From Takakia lepidozioides (lineage: Eukaryota; Plantae; Bryophyta), in assembly GCA_030704615.1 (NCBI GenBank), contig CM060732.1, positions 68,076,001 through 68,140,000 of the forward strand: a stretch of DNA of 64,000 bases. Direction: 5' to 3'. A model generated the notes under the pieces. It saw only the letters and a list, made by a program, of their open reading frames with translations. It searched no databases and was not told the origin of the DNA. The position numbers were made by a program, and so were the translations under genes. The stretch's first letter is position 1. Every line of letters begins with the position of its first letter. Below are positions 34,501 through 47,764 of this stretch, piece by piece.

Positions 34501-35182
34501 ATGTTCAGTGCCACTTTCTTGCTATTGGATTTTGGAATGTGAAATTTAAATATGATTTTACATTTGGATTTTTGGATTTTGAAATTGGAAATTTTAATTG
34601 CACATTGTTACATCGTAACCATGACTTAGACTAAACACCTGTAGACAAAAGTTGATCAAATACATTTTATTATATAGTAGTCATAACATGATCTTGTAAA
34701 AGCAAAGGTAGTCATTTTCAGAAAATATGGCATACAAACAGTTCCAATATAGTTAGTAGTCCACTCTCAATGCCATAAACACTAAATCAAAATTGAGATG
34801 TTATGCTACTGTAGCGAATAAAGGCCACTTGTAGTCTTGAATTCATGAGGAAAGCCATAGATGAAAGGGCATGTCTATTGTCAGGAGCACCATTGGTGTC
34901 AGACTTAGACCACTGGGCCTTTCAACTGTACCCACAAAAGACTCTAGAACCCCTCAGCCAATTTCCCTTGTCAATTTACCCCTCAACCAATTTACCTTAG
35001 ATATGCCTCTGAACATGTCTCTGATCTATGGCTACCTTGCAAAATAGCTTTGGGCGCCAACTCCCTGCTCATTGCATATCATATACAAGCTAAACTGCAG
35101 ACAAAACAACTTATTTGGCAATGAGATCAACAGTATAAGGCAGCTTGCCTCTAATTGGTCCTACAAATGAAATGACACTTAC

Positions 35183-36384
35183 TCATCTTTTTAAAGCCAA
35201 GATCATGGGGAATAATGGTGTAGAATTCACTGCAAACCAACCAACCCAGCGATCAACAGGTGAACGTTAATAGTATCTATCACCCTGCTCTGTTGCAACA
35301 CATTCCGACATACCCTTCTTTCGGAAGCTCGTCTCACAACCAAGTGGGAGATCCAAGAAGAAAATTGTTCCTTGAACATACTGGCACTTTTAATGACAGT
35401 GGTCAGACCAATCAATCAACCTCAATGTAAGGTTGACACTACAAAACCACTGGTGCCAAAAAAGGAAATGAGTCTTCAGGCACCTGTTCAATGTTTCAAG
35501 AGGTTCTCGATTTAAGTTCTCCAACGCAGCAACGATGCTCTTTAATACTTCAAAGCCCTAGTCAATGCATATGGCAAACAGAGTCCAATATTACCTTTCA
35601 ATTCAGCCTTACCTTATTGGCCGAAATTGCTTGCTAACAGCTCAAATCACAATGGAAATTCACAAATGACATGCAAGGGAGGATTCAATGGTCTATATAT
35701 TCCCTTGTATCGTGTTCATAGACCCAGTGCCCAGTCCTAGTGGAAGGGAAAACGGGCGACGTTAAGGGAGCAGAACAAAATGGGGCTCGGCAGGATTTGT
35801 TATTCTCTAAGAGGTTCTCTTTACATATTCCAGGGCTTGGAAATTTCAGTATCCACACCCTGGTCTGTTTGACAAGTCGGTACCTGAGACATAGCAACGG
35901 TTGATTTGAGAGTCAGAATTCAAAATTTGTTCATTCTGTCCCTTGGAAGCAAATGCCAACTTAGTGCATGTTAGGAAAACGTTGCAGATTATGCACCTTC
36001 AAGATAGTTGACTTGAGTTTCCCCAGAGGCATTTTCTTTGCATCATAACCTATCAAAAATAAATAATCCGAAGGTAAGAAGATCATATGATTTGTATATT
36101 GTGTTCAGGGGGACTTTCACTTGCAAACCTTCAGGAACCATAAGTGCAACCTGTTCGAGCTTTGAAGGATTCCAAGCCCGGTGAACAACATGTCACGACC
36201 AACAATACCAACACAGCTAAGAAAATAGACAACATGAAACCAGAACTTCACCTATCTCAATCATGTGTTGCTTCATCATATTCATGTCACAAATAAGAGA
36301 AATGAACTCCTGCACACGTCGATCCAGTTTGCTTTGCGGAGGTGGACCATTGCTCACTGCAACATCTTTCTTCTTCCCTTTTTC
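35183..36384 (-). pseudogene. PARP2: Poly(ADP-ribose) polymerase 2 fragment (regulatory domain, four exons with introns)
   Basis: Exons 36384-36252, 36049-35997, 35557-35484, 35229-35183 splice in frame: QSKLDRRVQEFISLICDMNMMKQHMIEIGYDAKKMPLGKLKSTILKGFEVLK...EFYTIIPHDLGFKKM; no WGR or catalytic exons recognised. Confidence 0.85.
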
Positions 36385-36852
36385 CTGTCAAAAACAGGAA
36401 GGGGCGGCAAAATACAAACCCATCAGATTTGTTAATCAGCCAACTATTCATTCTATCATCTCCCTCTCTTGGTCTGTGACACATCCCTCCCTCGCCTGAT
36501 AATATTTGGAAGCGTGCACTATCTCGTACATTGAAGGTCAGATTGAAATAGTTTCAAGAGAAACGCATGGGGCAGCTTTCTTGTTTCAGGATTCCTATCA
36601 TGACATTAGAATTCTCCACTAGCGTACAGATCAACGAGGTCAAGTACTCAAAAACTGACTGTAAAGATATGCCAAAAAAATGAGAAACACTCCAGTGATG
36701 GTGCAACTATCTATAGCACTAAAATTAATCATGACTGCAAAATCAGTAATAAGCAATGTTCACAAAGATTATCGCATTATGTGCTTGCGCAGATAAAGGT
36801 AAATGTTATCCCTCCAGATCACTAAATAACAAGAGCAGATAAAGGAAATTAC

Positions 36853-37033
36853 CTCTGAAAGACCAACTGACAAGTTATTGGAGATGAACCGGTCAGGCAA
36901 GCTCCCTATAGGTTGATGTGCTCCACTTGAAGGCCCCCCTCCCAACCCTGGGTTCCGTGAGGATAATGAATTTGGCATTGTCTGCATGTTGTAACTTGCT
37001 GGGGCATCGTGTAATCCCTGAAGGCTCCCCAGA
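36853..37033 (-). pseudogene. NOT2: NOT2/VIP2 (CCR4-NOT subunit) single-exon fragment
   Basis: GSLQGLHDAPASYNMQTMPNSLSSRN...QPIGSLPDRFISNNLSVGLSE followed by a GT donor; resembles the plant NOT2 N-terminus. Confidence 0.7.
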
Positions 37034-37369
37034 TACCTTGCTTTGAAGGAGTCCACAATCCTCCAGTGAAATCTGCACATAGTGTCCACATCTTCATAGA
37101 AACCATTATTAGTATGGAGTATTGACAAGTTTTAACAAGTATTGACAAGTTCCTCGAGAAGAAATTGTTGGCTCCTTTTGGCAGGGATGGACACTCCTTT
37201 ACTGAGAGGGTGAAGTACCTGGTGAATGAGAAAGCGCTACTCAACTTATGCACAGAGGCTGAGGGGAGTGGTTGTCTCTTTGAATTCCAGAATTTTCAGG
37301 AGAGGGAATATGACACATATACGGGCAGTTTAAAAAAAAATTATTGTTTTCATATAATCGAGCTGGGTG

Positions 37370-38480
37370 GCCTTTGATTGATATAGCAAATTGGGAATGA
37401 ACTGTTTTTGCATACGGGCTAATACGTGTTGCTGTAGCTCCCGCTGTAGCACACCATAGTACATTTCTCATTTCCATTGAAAATTGGTAAGTTGTATATT
37501 TAATAAAAAATTATTTATCACTTCCTGGTGACCCTTGAATGATATGTATATCATTTTTAGAAGATTTAATTGTCTCCCAAACAATATCTTGATCATATAT
37601 CAATGTGTCATTTGCCTACTACGGAAAATTTGTAGATTATGTGAGTGCATATGTGCACTTTTATTTACCATATTTACATCTGTTGTATCTATTCTTGAAA
37701 GTATATTGGTAGAAATGAGATGTTCTTCATTATCGAAATTATAATTTTGTAAAATATTTGTTATTAATTATTTTGTTGAGTTGTATATAAATTTCTTTGA
37801 TGCATAAGGTTGTAAAGTACTCGCCAAATCTGATTCATTTGTCAAAATATGTTGTAATTTACATTCAATAAAATATGACTTGGGCAGAAATTAGGTCAGC
37901 TTAATTTTCAAATGGTAATTTATGTCATAAAACGTTAAAAAAATGGTTCTGTATGATGGGCTGGATGATAATCTGTAAATCTTACGATTCGATTTGTACG
38001 ATATACATAATACCTCAATGCATCACGTCATTGTAAAATTTTATTCTTAATTTGTTTTTTTTCTATGATCTATTGAGACCTATATTGGATAAATGTAAGA
38101 TGTAAAAGGTTTTCTAGTCTCACCGAATATAAATTTATGGGATGAAGAGATAAGTTGTTAGATTTTTGAATAAGTTGTGTTCGATGTTGTACAGACGCAT
38201 ATTAATATAATAAACAGCTTCACTTCTTTGAATTATAGGTATATTGGATAATATTATTGCTGCTTCTGTTATAGATACTGGATTACTAAGAACATAAGGA
38301 GAAATAACTTTTAATTGTGTTTCAGTTAAATCTATAAGTCCTAATTTCATAGCATCATTAACATTTAAATTTAGTTTTGCGGTAGGTTCAGCTTTCATTG
38401 TATATTTTAAGATATATAACGACCAATCAATACTTGTAATTCTTTGTATGTTTGAATGGCATTCCATAATAAAGATATAA
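37370..38480 (-). mobile_element. Helitron Rep/helicase relic
   Basis: AT-rich; HSNIQRIT...YILKYTMKAEP...VSITEAA (Rep C-terminal part); Walker A relic GSPGSDK; ATAGATATRI...TVHSQF (PIF1-like). Confidence 0.7.
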
Positions 38481-38670
38481 TTGGATGAGAAGGTACTATG
38501 TTATGATGATCTGCACCTCATCTCGGGGCACTTTGAATGTGCAGAAGGCCCAAAAGACTGAATCTGAGGAGGGCAGCTGCAAGTGTATTTTAGCAAGATT
38601 CCACTTTTTTGTTGCTCACACAGAATTGGGCAAGACATTTCAAAGCGCTCTTGTTCAAATATTCTCTTGT

Positions 38671-40349
38671 TCAAAGTTCTCTACCAGTTCCGCTTAACTG
38701 GCTGAAGAGGATGGCCATGTCCATGCCTTGCATCATGGCAGGGATAACCACAGTGTAAGGGCACATTTTGGAGAAGCCAGACATGCCTTTACCCTGCACT
38801 CTTACCATACATTGCTTAAAGGTCTCATGGCACGCAATATTGAGCACCCCTGCCATCCATCCAATGTTTTCTTTACATGCCCATGGTTTACTGACAACTT
38901 CTAGTCTTCTTTAGATTTTCAGAAAATAGCCATTTATGTTGCTCATAAAAACTACTTGCAATTTTTCTGTGCAAGTTTCTATTGTTTTTTTTCAAGTCAC
39001 CCTGGCAGCAACAACAACATCCATGAATTGGAGATAGAGATGATAAGCATTCTTTCTCATCAAAAGGATGTGCATTTTCATCTTGATTGAGGGGAATAGT
39101 CAGCGCTGTAAATTGACAAGAGAAAAACAGATACCCCTAAAAAATGCAGAAATTTGAAGTTGTGAAGACGTCACCCTTTTCATCAACACATTGGTCATGC
39201 AGCTTGCAGCATGCATCAAGCTCGTCACAGGGTTTCTCCTGAGGACACCCTGTATATCCAACTCCACAGAACTTCCCATATCGGATGCTTATGGCTGCCA
39301 TGAGCCAGCCACAAGTAATTTCACATCCATGCTCACAGTAACGTTAGCCCAACTCATGTAAGATGGAAATAGAGTTGGTCTATAGATGGTACAGGCATCC
39401 GGTGCAATTTTCAGCAAATTAGCGCAAACGATGGCACATGTTGTATTTGTCACAAACTTGTTCAATTCCATATACGCTCTTAGAAAATGATAATGAGATG
39501 AAGCCCATTGCTTGCCGTTGCCTCTTCTGTAGCAATTGGGGGCCACTAGGAAAGAGGGAAAGATGAAATGTTTCGATCCATCATTAGAAAGCAAGAGCTT
39601 ATCACCCCTGCCCCCACCAGAAAGAAGAGAAGGGAGGTGGAGGAGGGAAGGTCTTTACTGTTGCAGTCTTTCGCAACGCACATCTTGCTACATCTTGACT
39701 GTAATTTTCCACATGGAAAGAAGCAATGGTCAATTGTCTCTCTACCTCTCTCTCTTCCCCCCCATGCAAAAGCAACATCTCTCATGCTTTGCATTTCGTA
39801 TCTCCATCACTCCCTCTAACTCCGCATTCATGACATGTTCACATCAACCCTACATTTCTTTGACTTTAAAGACCATGGTACTTTGACGACAACATCAAAA
39901 AACACACACAGATACATATCGAAAGATAGATGCGACAAACACTGTTTCGATTGCCACCCACTTCTAAATGAAAGAAAGAAAAGAAGAAATGTGACTGTAA
40001 CCTAAACAACGTCTATAAAATATATTTGTGTACAATGAACCTCATATATTGAAACTCTCTCCATCGTAACCACGAACTTACTCAACTTTGTTAGCGAGCA
40101 CATGAAAATGGAAGACTGCAATTCGGAAACAAAGGAGCAGTTTGACGTACATATGAAGCATCAAGTACAGACCTCATCGCGACGGGTTTTGGAGAGTGTG
40201 TCCTTTAGGTCCTCCCCAATAATTTGATGTTGAGAAGTTAACGAAAACCAAAAACATGAGGATGACACAAGGAACAATAGTAGCAATAGCATCAACAACA
40301 ACTGTATCGACCACGACTGTGCCCTTATTCTTTCTATCACATTTGCCAT
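38671..40349 (-). CDS. PLA2: Secretory phospholipase A2, four exons, 171 aa
   Basis: Exons 40349-40173, 39698-39659, 39294-39175, 38849-38671 with GT-AG and matching phases; hydrophobic signal segment; YGKFCGVGYTGC Ca loop; DACCKLHDQC active site; ends GREL. Confidence 0.93.
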
Positions 40350-42844
40350 CGCCCTCTCCCTCCAGGTCTCTCTCTTTTTCTCAATGTTCCACAGTGTAAC
40401 AGTCGTCCAAGCGGTTGGTATATGGCAGGTGCTCGGGACACGATGAACGACCATTGACAACGACAGACAGAGGAGTTCAAGGATGCGTTTTTGCTATTTT
40501 TGGAGTTGTCTGACTTGACATTTTGTGTCATTGAACTATTGTAGCCTTTGTGGCATCCATGGGAACATTTTTCCCCATTGGATATATATATATATGTGTG
40601 TGAAATTTTTTTCATTCAAATAAAGATATTGTTGTATACATAAAATAAAAATATCAAAATGATAAATAAAATTTGCAGGAAATAAATAAATAAATAGAAT
40701 TAATGGTTTTATAAACTAATCGAGTAAAAAACACGTGTCAGCCGACCTACTAGAACCAGGACACAGGCAATGTATGGTTTGGTGGACATTGTCCACATCA
40801 TTGCTTAGTAAACACGTGGCAGATGCACCTGTGCAGCACATGGACACATGCAATTGTACATGTCGTTGGCTGTCTATCCACATGGGAGAAAAAATGAACC
40901 CATGGCAGCCGCACCTGCTCAAACCATGACACATGGCATTTCAGGATTCATTGGATGTCTACCACATGACACGTCATCGCTATGTGAACCCTGCATGGCT
41001 ATGCAGCTACTCCAAAACATTACACGTGGCATTATATGATAAGTTGGATGTTTATCCACATCATCGCCATGTCATGCAGATGCCTGCCCATGTAGGTGCT
41101 CCATAACAGTCTGGTTTATTGCTGGGATTGTATTTTAAAAAGGTTCATAAGGAAATCCAGTTGTAGAATCTTTTTTACAACCATGTCGGTTACATTTATG
41201 AATTTGTTTTATCTGAATAATGTGCTGTTATGTGTAATCCAAAAAATCTGAAGTTGTGGATGTTATTTTGGGTAAGTAAGCTACAATTTCGTTTATAATT
41301 CTGTCTACATCTCGCAAAGTAAGCTACAATTTCGTTTATAATTCTGTCTACATCTCGCAAATCTATCCACAAAATAATATGAGCATTGAAGAGAACCTCG
41401 GTGTTGAACTTCATATCGAATACTATAATGTAAAATTCTACCTAATATCAGCCCTAGATGTTATCTTGAAGATTGCCCATTTGGCTGCCACGTAGGTAGG
41501 TCAATGGTGCTCTGACACTGGATTTCCTGAAACCTTGGCACTTTGCAAAATTCTAGGGAGCAGAGCTTTTATGATTTTTTGGTGTTGTAAATTCCCACAT
41601 GTGCTCTTCTCTTACATCTGCAATTCATCTTCAAGGTTCACTTCTATCCATTATCATCCATGGGAACTAGAGCGTGGCAAGTAATCTGACTCAAGTCGCG
41701 TCGTCCTTTAGGGGTTAAACCATCCTTAAAAAGTTGTATAATGTCCTTTCTATATATATATATATATAAAGTTAAATTATTGTTATCTAGATTTTGGATA
41801 CATATTTTGTGATGATAATCCTTCTGTATAATTAAAAATGATCTACTTGTTACAACATTTCTTACCTATATATTTCCAACATTATAAAGTTGATTTTGAT
41901 TATACTGAATTAAAAGAGGTGTTACATCATCTAAAATTGACATATATTATAAATTAGGACAATTAAAGATGTTCGTAATGGCCCTTCCCATACAAATTTT
42001 TCAACTATCCCTTGTGTACATCGATCATGAAGTAAACACACACCAGGTGTACGATTTGGCAATTCGGATAATGTTATAAAATATTGAATGATTGGATTTG
42101 TTAACAAATTTGAGCTAATACAGTTGATGTTTGATTACTGATATATTCTCGATTAGTACATGTGTCTTCTTCATGATTTCAAATAATTATAGAGTAATCT
42201 AAAATTGATCTTTGTTCTACTTCACCTAACCCATATTCATTATATATTTTTAAGACTTATATATATATCACAGTTAATAATTGTACATGTAAAAGATGAG
42301 GTTTTAGTATTTTTCCAAGTAAGAGATGGTGGAAAATATACAACATTTGATATTCTACTTTTATTTCTATACATTTTTTATACACATTCCATGTATTTTC
42401 TTCAATATTTTTTAAAATACATATTTGCTATTTGATATGGTGATATGGTACAAATTTTGGATTTTTTTTTTTAAATTTCTTGAAATTTTGTAGATAACTA
42501 TTGAAAATTGTTATTCCACATATTTCATTTTAGACAGGGCCATTATAGAAGTACATTCTTCCCAGAAATACTGTAATTCATTAGCATTATACCACGAATT
42601 AGAGTATGGAAGGAATTGACGTTTTCTTTTACTCCCACTGACATTACTTAGCAAATGTTCGACGTTCATGAATAGATCGACTTATGTATAATACAATATT
42701 ATTTAAGTATCCAACTTCAGTTTCAACAAATGTAGTAATATATGAAAAAAAAAAGATTTTTTTGTGTCCTGCCCGGGCATCAGCCCGCTTGATAATGAAA
42801 ATATGTTATATAATTAATACAATACGGACTGTATGTACATAAAG

Positions 42845-43935
42845 GTAGCCCAGGACCCTAGGTCCAGGCCTAGGCTATAGAATCTCTTAAGAATCTCTCC
42901 TAGGCTCGTAAGATTCTCTACATACCCTAGGCCCGAAACCCAAGGCCACAACATATTCTAAAAATCTATCCCGGTATATTGGAATCTTGGGGTTAGATAA
43001 GGAGCATGGCCTTTTTTGTATTCTGTGGTATCCTGGACCCTAGGCCAGGCCTATTGTAGGGAATCTCTTAGAATCTATCCTAGGCCAAAAAGATCCTTAG
43101 GATTGAAGACGAAGAACAATGCCCTGGACCTTAGGCATAGGCCGACTGTATTTGGAATCTATCCTAGGCCAGAAATGGAATCTTCACCCTAGGCCACTCC
43201 GTCCTCTTGTCCTAGCCCATGGCTCTATATGTCCTATGCTTACAAGTGTAGGCCTTTAAGTCATAGCCTTGGCCATTTCAATGCTCAGGCCCTTATGTCC
43301 TATATGTCCTATGCTTACAAGTATAGGCCTTTAAGTCATAGCCTTGGCCATTTCAATGCTCAGGCCCTTATGTCCTAGGACATCCGACCTTCCGGTCTTA
43401 AGCTACTTGGGAAGTGCCTTACTCATGGCCCCTTGTTCATCATTATCTCTACTTCTATTAATTTATTATGTCATGGTTTGCATTTTTTTTTGGGGCCTGC
43501 AAAGCCCCCTAGGTACTAGTAAGTAGTAAGGGAAAGAGAGCCCTCCTCTCTTTACATACCATTGGGGGGGGGGGGTCGGACCCTTCTAGAAGACCGCCGA
43601 CCCCTCAAGCAGTGGGACCTTCTAGAAGGCTGCCCTGACACATGTCACTCCTAGAAACCACCACGCCTGAGCCCAATCTAACCATGAACCATCCCCTATT
43701 TAATAGGTCTTACCTTCCTGCATTTTTTTCCCCCCTCCCTTACATGACAGTTATTAGTTGAACTCCTGCTCTAGCTTATTTAACTCCCGCTTCATAATTC
43801 CTGGACCACTCTCTAATCCCCACACCCCCTTTCAAACCTTGCCCCTTATTGTCCCTAAGCCCAATCCTGGACCACTCTCTAATCCCCACACCCCCTTTCA
43901 AACCTTGCCCCTTATTGTCCCTAAGCCCAATCCAT
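42845..43935. repeat. Repeat-rich non-coding element(s) with local tandem duplications and a Helitron-like 3' end
   Basis: Recurrent cctaggcc/gaatct motifs; ~75-bp duplication 43226-43378; 66-bp duplication 43801-43933; GGGGC-ctgcaaa-GCCCC hairpin then CTAG|T at 43492-43520. Confidence 0.5.
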
Positions 43936-45111
43936 GCCGGCTTAAATGGATTAAATGTTATTATGGCCTATGGTGGTACCATAAGACAATTACACAAATC
44001 TATGTCTCCTAGTCATTCTGGATACCAGTAATGGCTCTTTTTTATATTCCCTATGTGGAGCCTACATAGATCCCACATTGCAATAATTACAAAGTAGGAT
44101 CATCTGTTGTCATAACTTCCTTTATTTATTTATTTATAAAATAATTTTAAATAAATAAATAATTTTATTGTTAATGGGAACAGAGGCCCATAATCAAATT
44201 AATAAGGAAAAGTACACAGAAGTGGAAAAAATAACCACTAGGGAGGCCGTGAAGGCTTACTAAGGGGAAACCACCCCGGAACCTTAGCGAACAAGCTACT
44301 GAGCAAGTAGGGGAGTAGGGGATGCAAGAAGAGAAACAGTGGGAGAGAGTGAAGAAGAAATGGCGATGGGAGAGTATTAAGCATCTGGACTGCCTAGGAA
44401 AACATCAAAATGTCTGCAGGCCGAGTGAGAAAAACTGACAACGGAATAGAACTAGAGAGATAAGAGCTATGCGAAGGAGCACTCTATAGAGAGACAAGAT
44501 GGAGGAGAGGCTGGAGCTGAAGCTGAAGCCGGCACAGGCCCTCTGGAGAGTAATCAAGCCTTAAAGCCGCCACGTCCAAAAGGTGCATGGTTGTTACTGC
44601 CGGATTGATTTATCGATTTTGCATTGTGTCCCCTAGAGATCGTGGAATAGCGGATAAGAATCAGAATTTGAGCTGAGTCCTTGATTTGTTGTCTCTTGGC
44701 TTCTTGTGGCGCCAGTTGAATTCGGTGTCATCCCCCTCACCAGGGGACTTCCCATTGTGAGGGGATGACGACATTCCAGATAAAGTTTGTGTCGGTAACG
44801 CTGGTGCCGAGCAAGTTGTTTTTGCCCCAGGTGTGCTTGAAAGCTTGAAGCAGCTGCCTCCCCTACTATTCTGAAGTTCTAGGAATGTATTTGCTAGGTG
44901 GGTAAACCCATGACTTTCCCAGAAGGCCCACCGTGGGGCTTGGTCAATCAGCACTGCAGAGTCCATATTGCAGTTTGCAAACAACGGCTGTCTTAGACAT
45001 TTATGGGTAGTTGCTAGCATTCTTAGAGTGAGCCATCCTTTCATTGCCTGTCATGCCTTCCAAATGGTTGTCCAGGCACAACAGGTTTTCCTGGCTTGCA
45101 TTTCAAACAAG

Positions 45112-47072
45112 TGTTGGAAGTAATTAACATATCTAGAAGACTAAGAGTCTTGAAGGCCAAAGGTTTAGAAGTCTAAGAGACTATCTTGTTTAACTCACCT
45201 TTGGAAGGTGAATGGCTAGAAGGTGGATGGTCACCATAGTAGAAGTGGAAGTGACCAAGTATGACTTTCTAGAGACCTTCTTGTACAAGCTCGGGGGTGA
45301 AGCCACTAGTCTAAGTGTAAGAGTATGATGGTGGCTTCTATGGTTGGGAGGAGAGCTTTAGTTTTAGTTTTAGTCTAAGACTTTAGTTCTTGTTCATGTT
45401 CTTGCTCAATTCTAACATGGTATCAGAGCCATTCTTCGCTAGGTGAGAGTTGATAGTTGAGATTAAGAGAACTTGATTATGGCTGGAGCGTCATCTTCTA
45501 GCAATCCTCCTTCTATGTCTATGACGAGTGCATTAGATGTGAGAGTGGAAGATCGATTCAATGGAGCTAATTATCAAACCTGGAAGTTTAGGATGAAGAT
45601 GGTACTTCTAGACAAAGATCTATGGGGAGTGGTTGATGGATCAGTCCCAAGACCTGACACTATTGTTGGCCCAAGCCATATGAGATAGGAAAGATCAGAA
45701 ATCAAGAGCTAGCATCATCACAAGCTTGAGAGACAATCAGTTGCATCTCATTATAAGTGCTAAGAATGCTAAGGATGTTTGGGACAAGCTAGCAAACATA
45801 TATGAGACGAAGGATGTCACATCGCAAGTGTATGCGATGCAAAAGTTCTATGGTCTGAAGATGACCGAGTCAGACTCAGTTGAACAACACTTGAATTTGT
45901 TTTGTGTGTTGCGAGATCAACTAGTCTCTGTGGGAACTAATGTGACTGATGAACACGCCGCAGTGGTGAAGATTTCTTCTATCAGAGTGTTGTTAGCTCT
46001 TGCAGCTCAACATGATCACGAAGTTCATCAAATGGATGTTAAGACGACATTTCTGAATGGAGAACTACAAGAAGAGATCTACATGAGACAACCTGAAGGG
46101 TTTGTACAAGGAGGAAGTGATATTGTGTGTAAGCTTCAAAAGAGTTTGTATGGACTCAAACAAAGTCCTCGAGCTTGGTATGCCAGGATCGATGCTTACT
46201 TCTTAAAGGCAAGATTTGAGCGAAACATTGCTGACACAAACATCTATGTGAAAAAGATGGGAGAGCAATTTATGGTCATAGCTCTATATGTGGATGACAC
46301 AATCATTGTCACCAACGATCATCAAAAGTTGTTGCCAGAAACCAAAGCACTGTTGAGTACTGAGTTTGCCATGATTGACATGAGTGAGATTCGGTTCTGT
46401 CTTGGTATATATTCAAATCAGCAGAGATCGAGTGAACCATACAATATTCATGCATCAACGACAATACATTGAGACAATTCTACAAAGGTTTAAGTTGGAG
46501 ATGAGTAAGCCAACATCAACTCCTCTCGAAGTTGGTTTGAAACTTACGAAGGATATGACACCTAAGACTCAAAGAAGAGCAAGAGGATATGAGGAAAACT
46601 CCTTATCAAAGCGCAGTCGGCAGTTTGATGTATTGCATGGTTTGTACTAAGCCACACATTGCACATTCAGTGGGAGTGGTCTCACAATTTCTTTCAAATC
46701 CCGGACAAACCTATTGGAAAGCAGTGAAGAGGATATTTCGATATCTAAGAGGAACATCAACCTCTGGTCTACTCTACAAGAGAGTGGAAGATCCAAGTTT
46801 GTTGGGGTTTGCTGATGCTGACTGGGTAGGAGACGTTGATAGTAGAAAATCAACTTCAGGCCTTTGTTTGGCTAGAAGGTGGATGGTCACCATAGTGGAA
46901 GTGAAAGCGACCAAGTAGGACTTTCTAGAGACTTCTTGCACAAGCTCGGGGGTGAAGCCACTAGTCTAAGTGTAAGAGTATGATGGTGGCTTCTATGGTT
47001 GGGATGGGAGCTTTAGTTTTAGCTTTAGTCTAAGACTTTAGTTCTTGTTCATGTTCTTGCTCAATTCTAACA
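45112..47072 (+). mobile_element. Internally deleted Ty1/Copia element
   Basis: 5' LTR 45112-45417 (TG..CA), PBS 45418, TSD ACAAG (45107-45111, 47073-47077); gag fused to RT near 45960 (QMDVKT, LYGLKQSPR, YVDD); 3' LTR 46869-47072 lacks its first ~100 bp. Confidence 0.95.
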
Positions 47073-47152
47073 ACAAGTCTAGCTTGGCTCAACAATTTTA
47101 ACATGTCGTCCGAGTTCGATTTTTTTCTCAAAGTGTTCCCACTCCCCAAAGG

Positions 47153-47220
47153 GGGCAGTAGCCATAAGGCGAAGTGGCTCTTAGTTACGCCGGTTTCGGC
47201 CGGAGTCTTCTCTCTCTTTT
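47153..47220. repeat. Short dispersed repeat, second copy at 58580-58628
   Basis: ggcagtagcc...gaagtggctcttagttacgc...ggagtcttctctct at both sites. Confidence 0.75.
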
Positions 47221-47764
47221 TGTAAATTGTTGTAGCCATTCAATTCCACAATCATATTCGAATTCGGCACATGTATCATGTCTTTTTATATTCCGTACAC
47301 ATGGGTTACCAAGCCAATTTTGCCATAAAAAAATTCCAAGAGTTCAATTGCACTTTGAGAGAAAGAGAGAAAGAAAGAGACCTTGTGAGATGAAGTCAAG
47401 ATCCCAAAAAGAATGGAACACTTGCAAAAGAGCAACCCATAGCATCCCTCAACTCTATAAAGACGGTTTGACTATGAACGAAAGCAATGTCGACACTCAA
47501 GACTGCATTGCAGTTTCAATTCAGTATTGAAGCCCTTGGTCTAGATCAAAGCTTGGAAGCCTGTACAATCATTCAGGCCATTGATAAACATTTAGATTTT
47601 TACAACCTCGAGATTCACTATAAGACGAATTTGGTCCTGAGCCTACCACCCCACATGATCAATCTGCAATGTCAGAGATTCTATGTCAGGTGTCTATAAA
47701 ATTATCTACAACTACTTGGAGGACTTCGACTGCATGAGATTCTTGTTCAAACCTGGAATAGTTT

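Noticed and set aside
41760-42720. AT-rich stretch suspected to be more Helitron coding sequence
   Set aside because: No convincing helicase or Rep motif could be read
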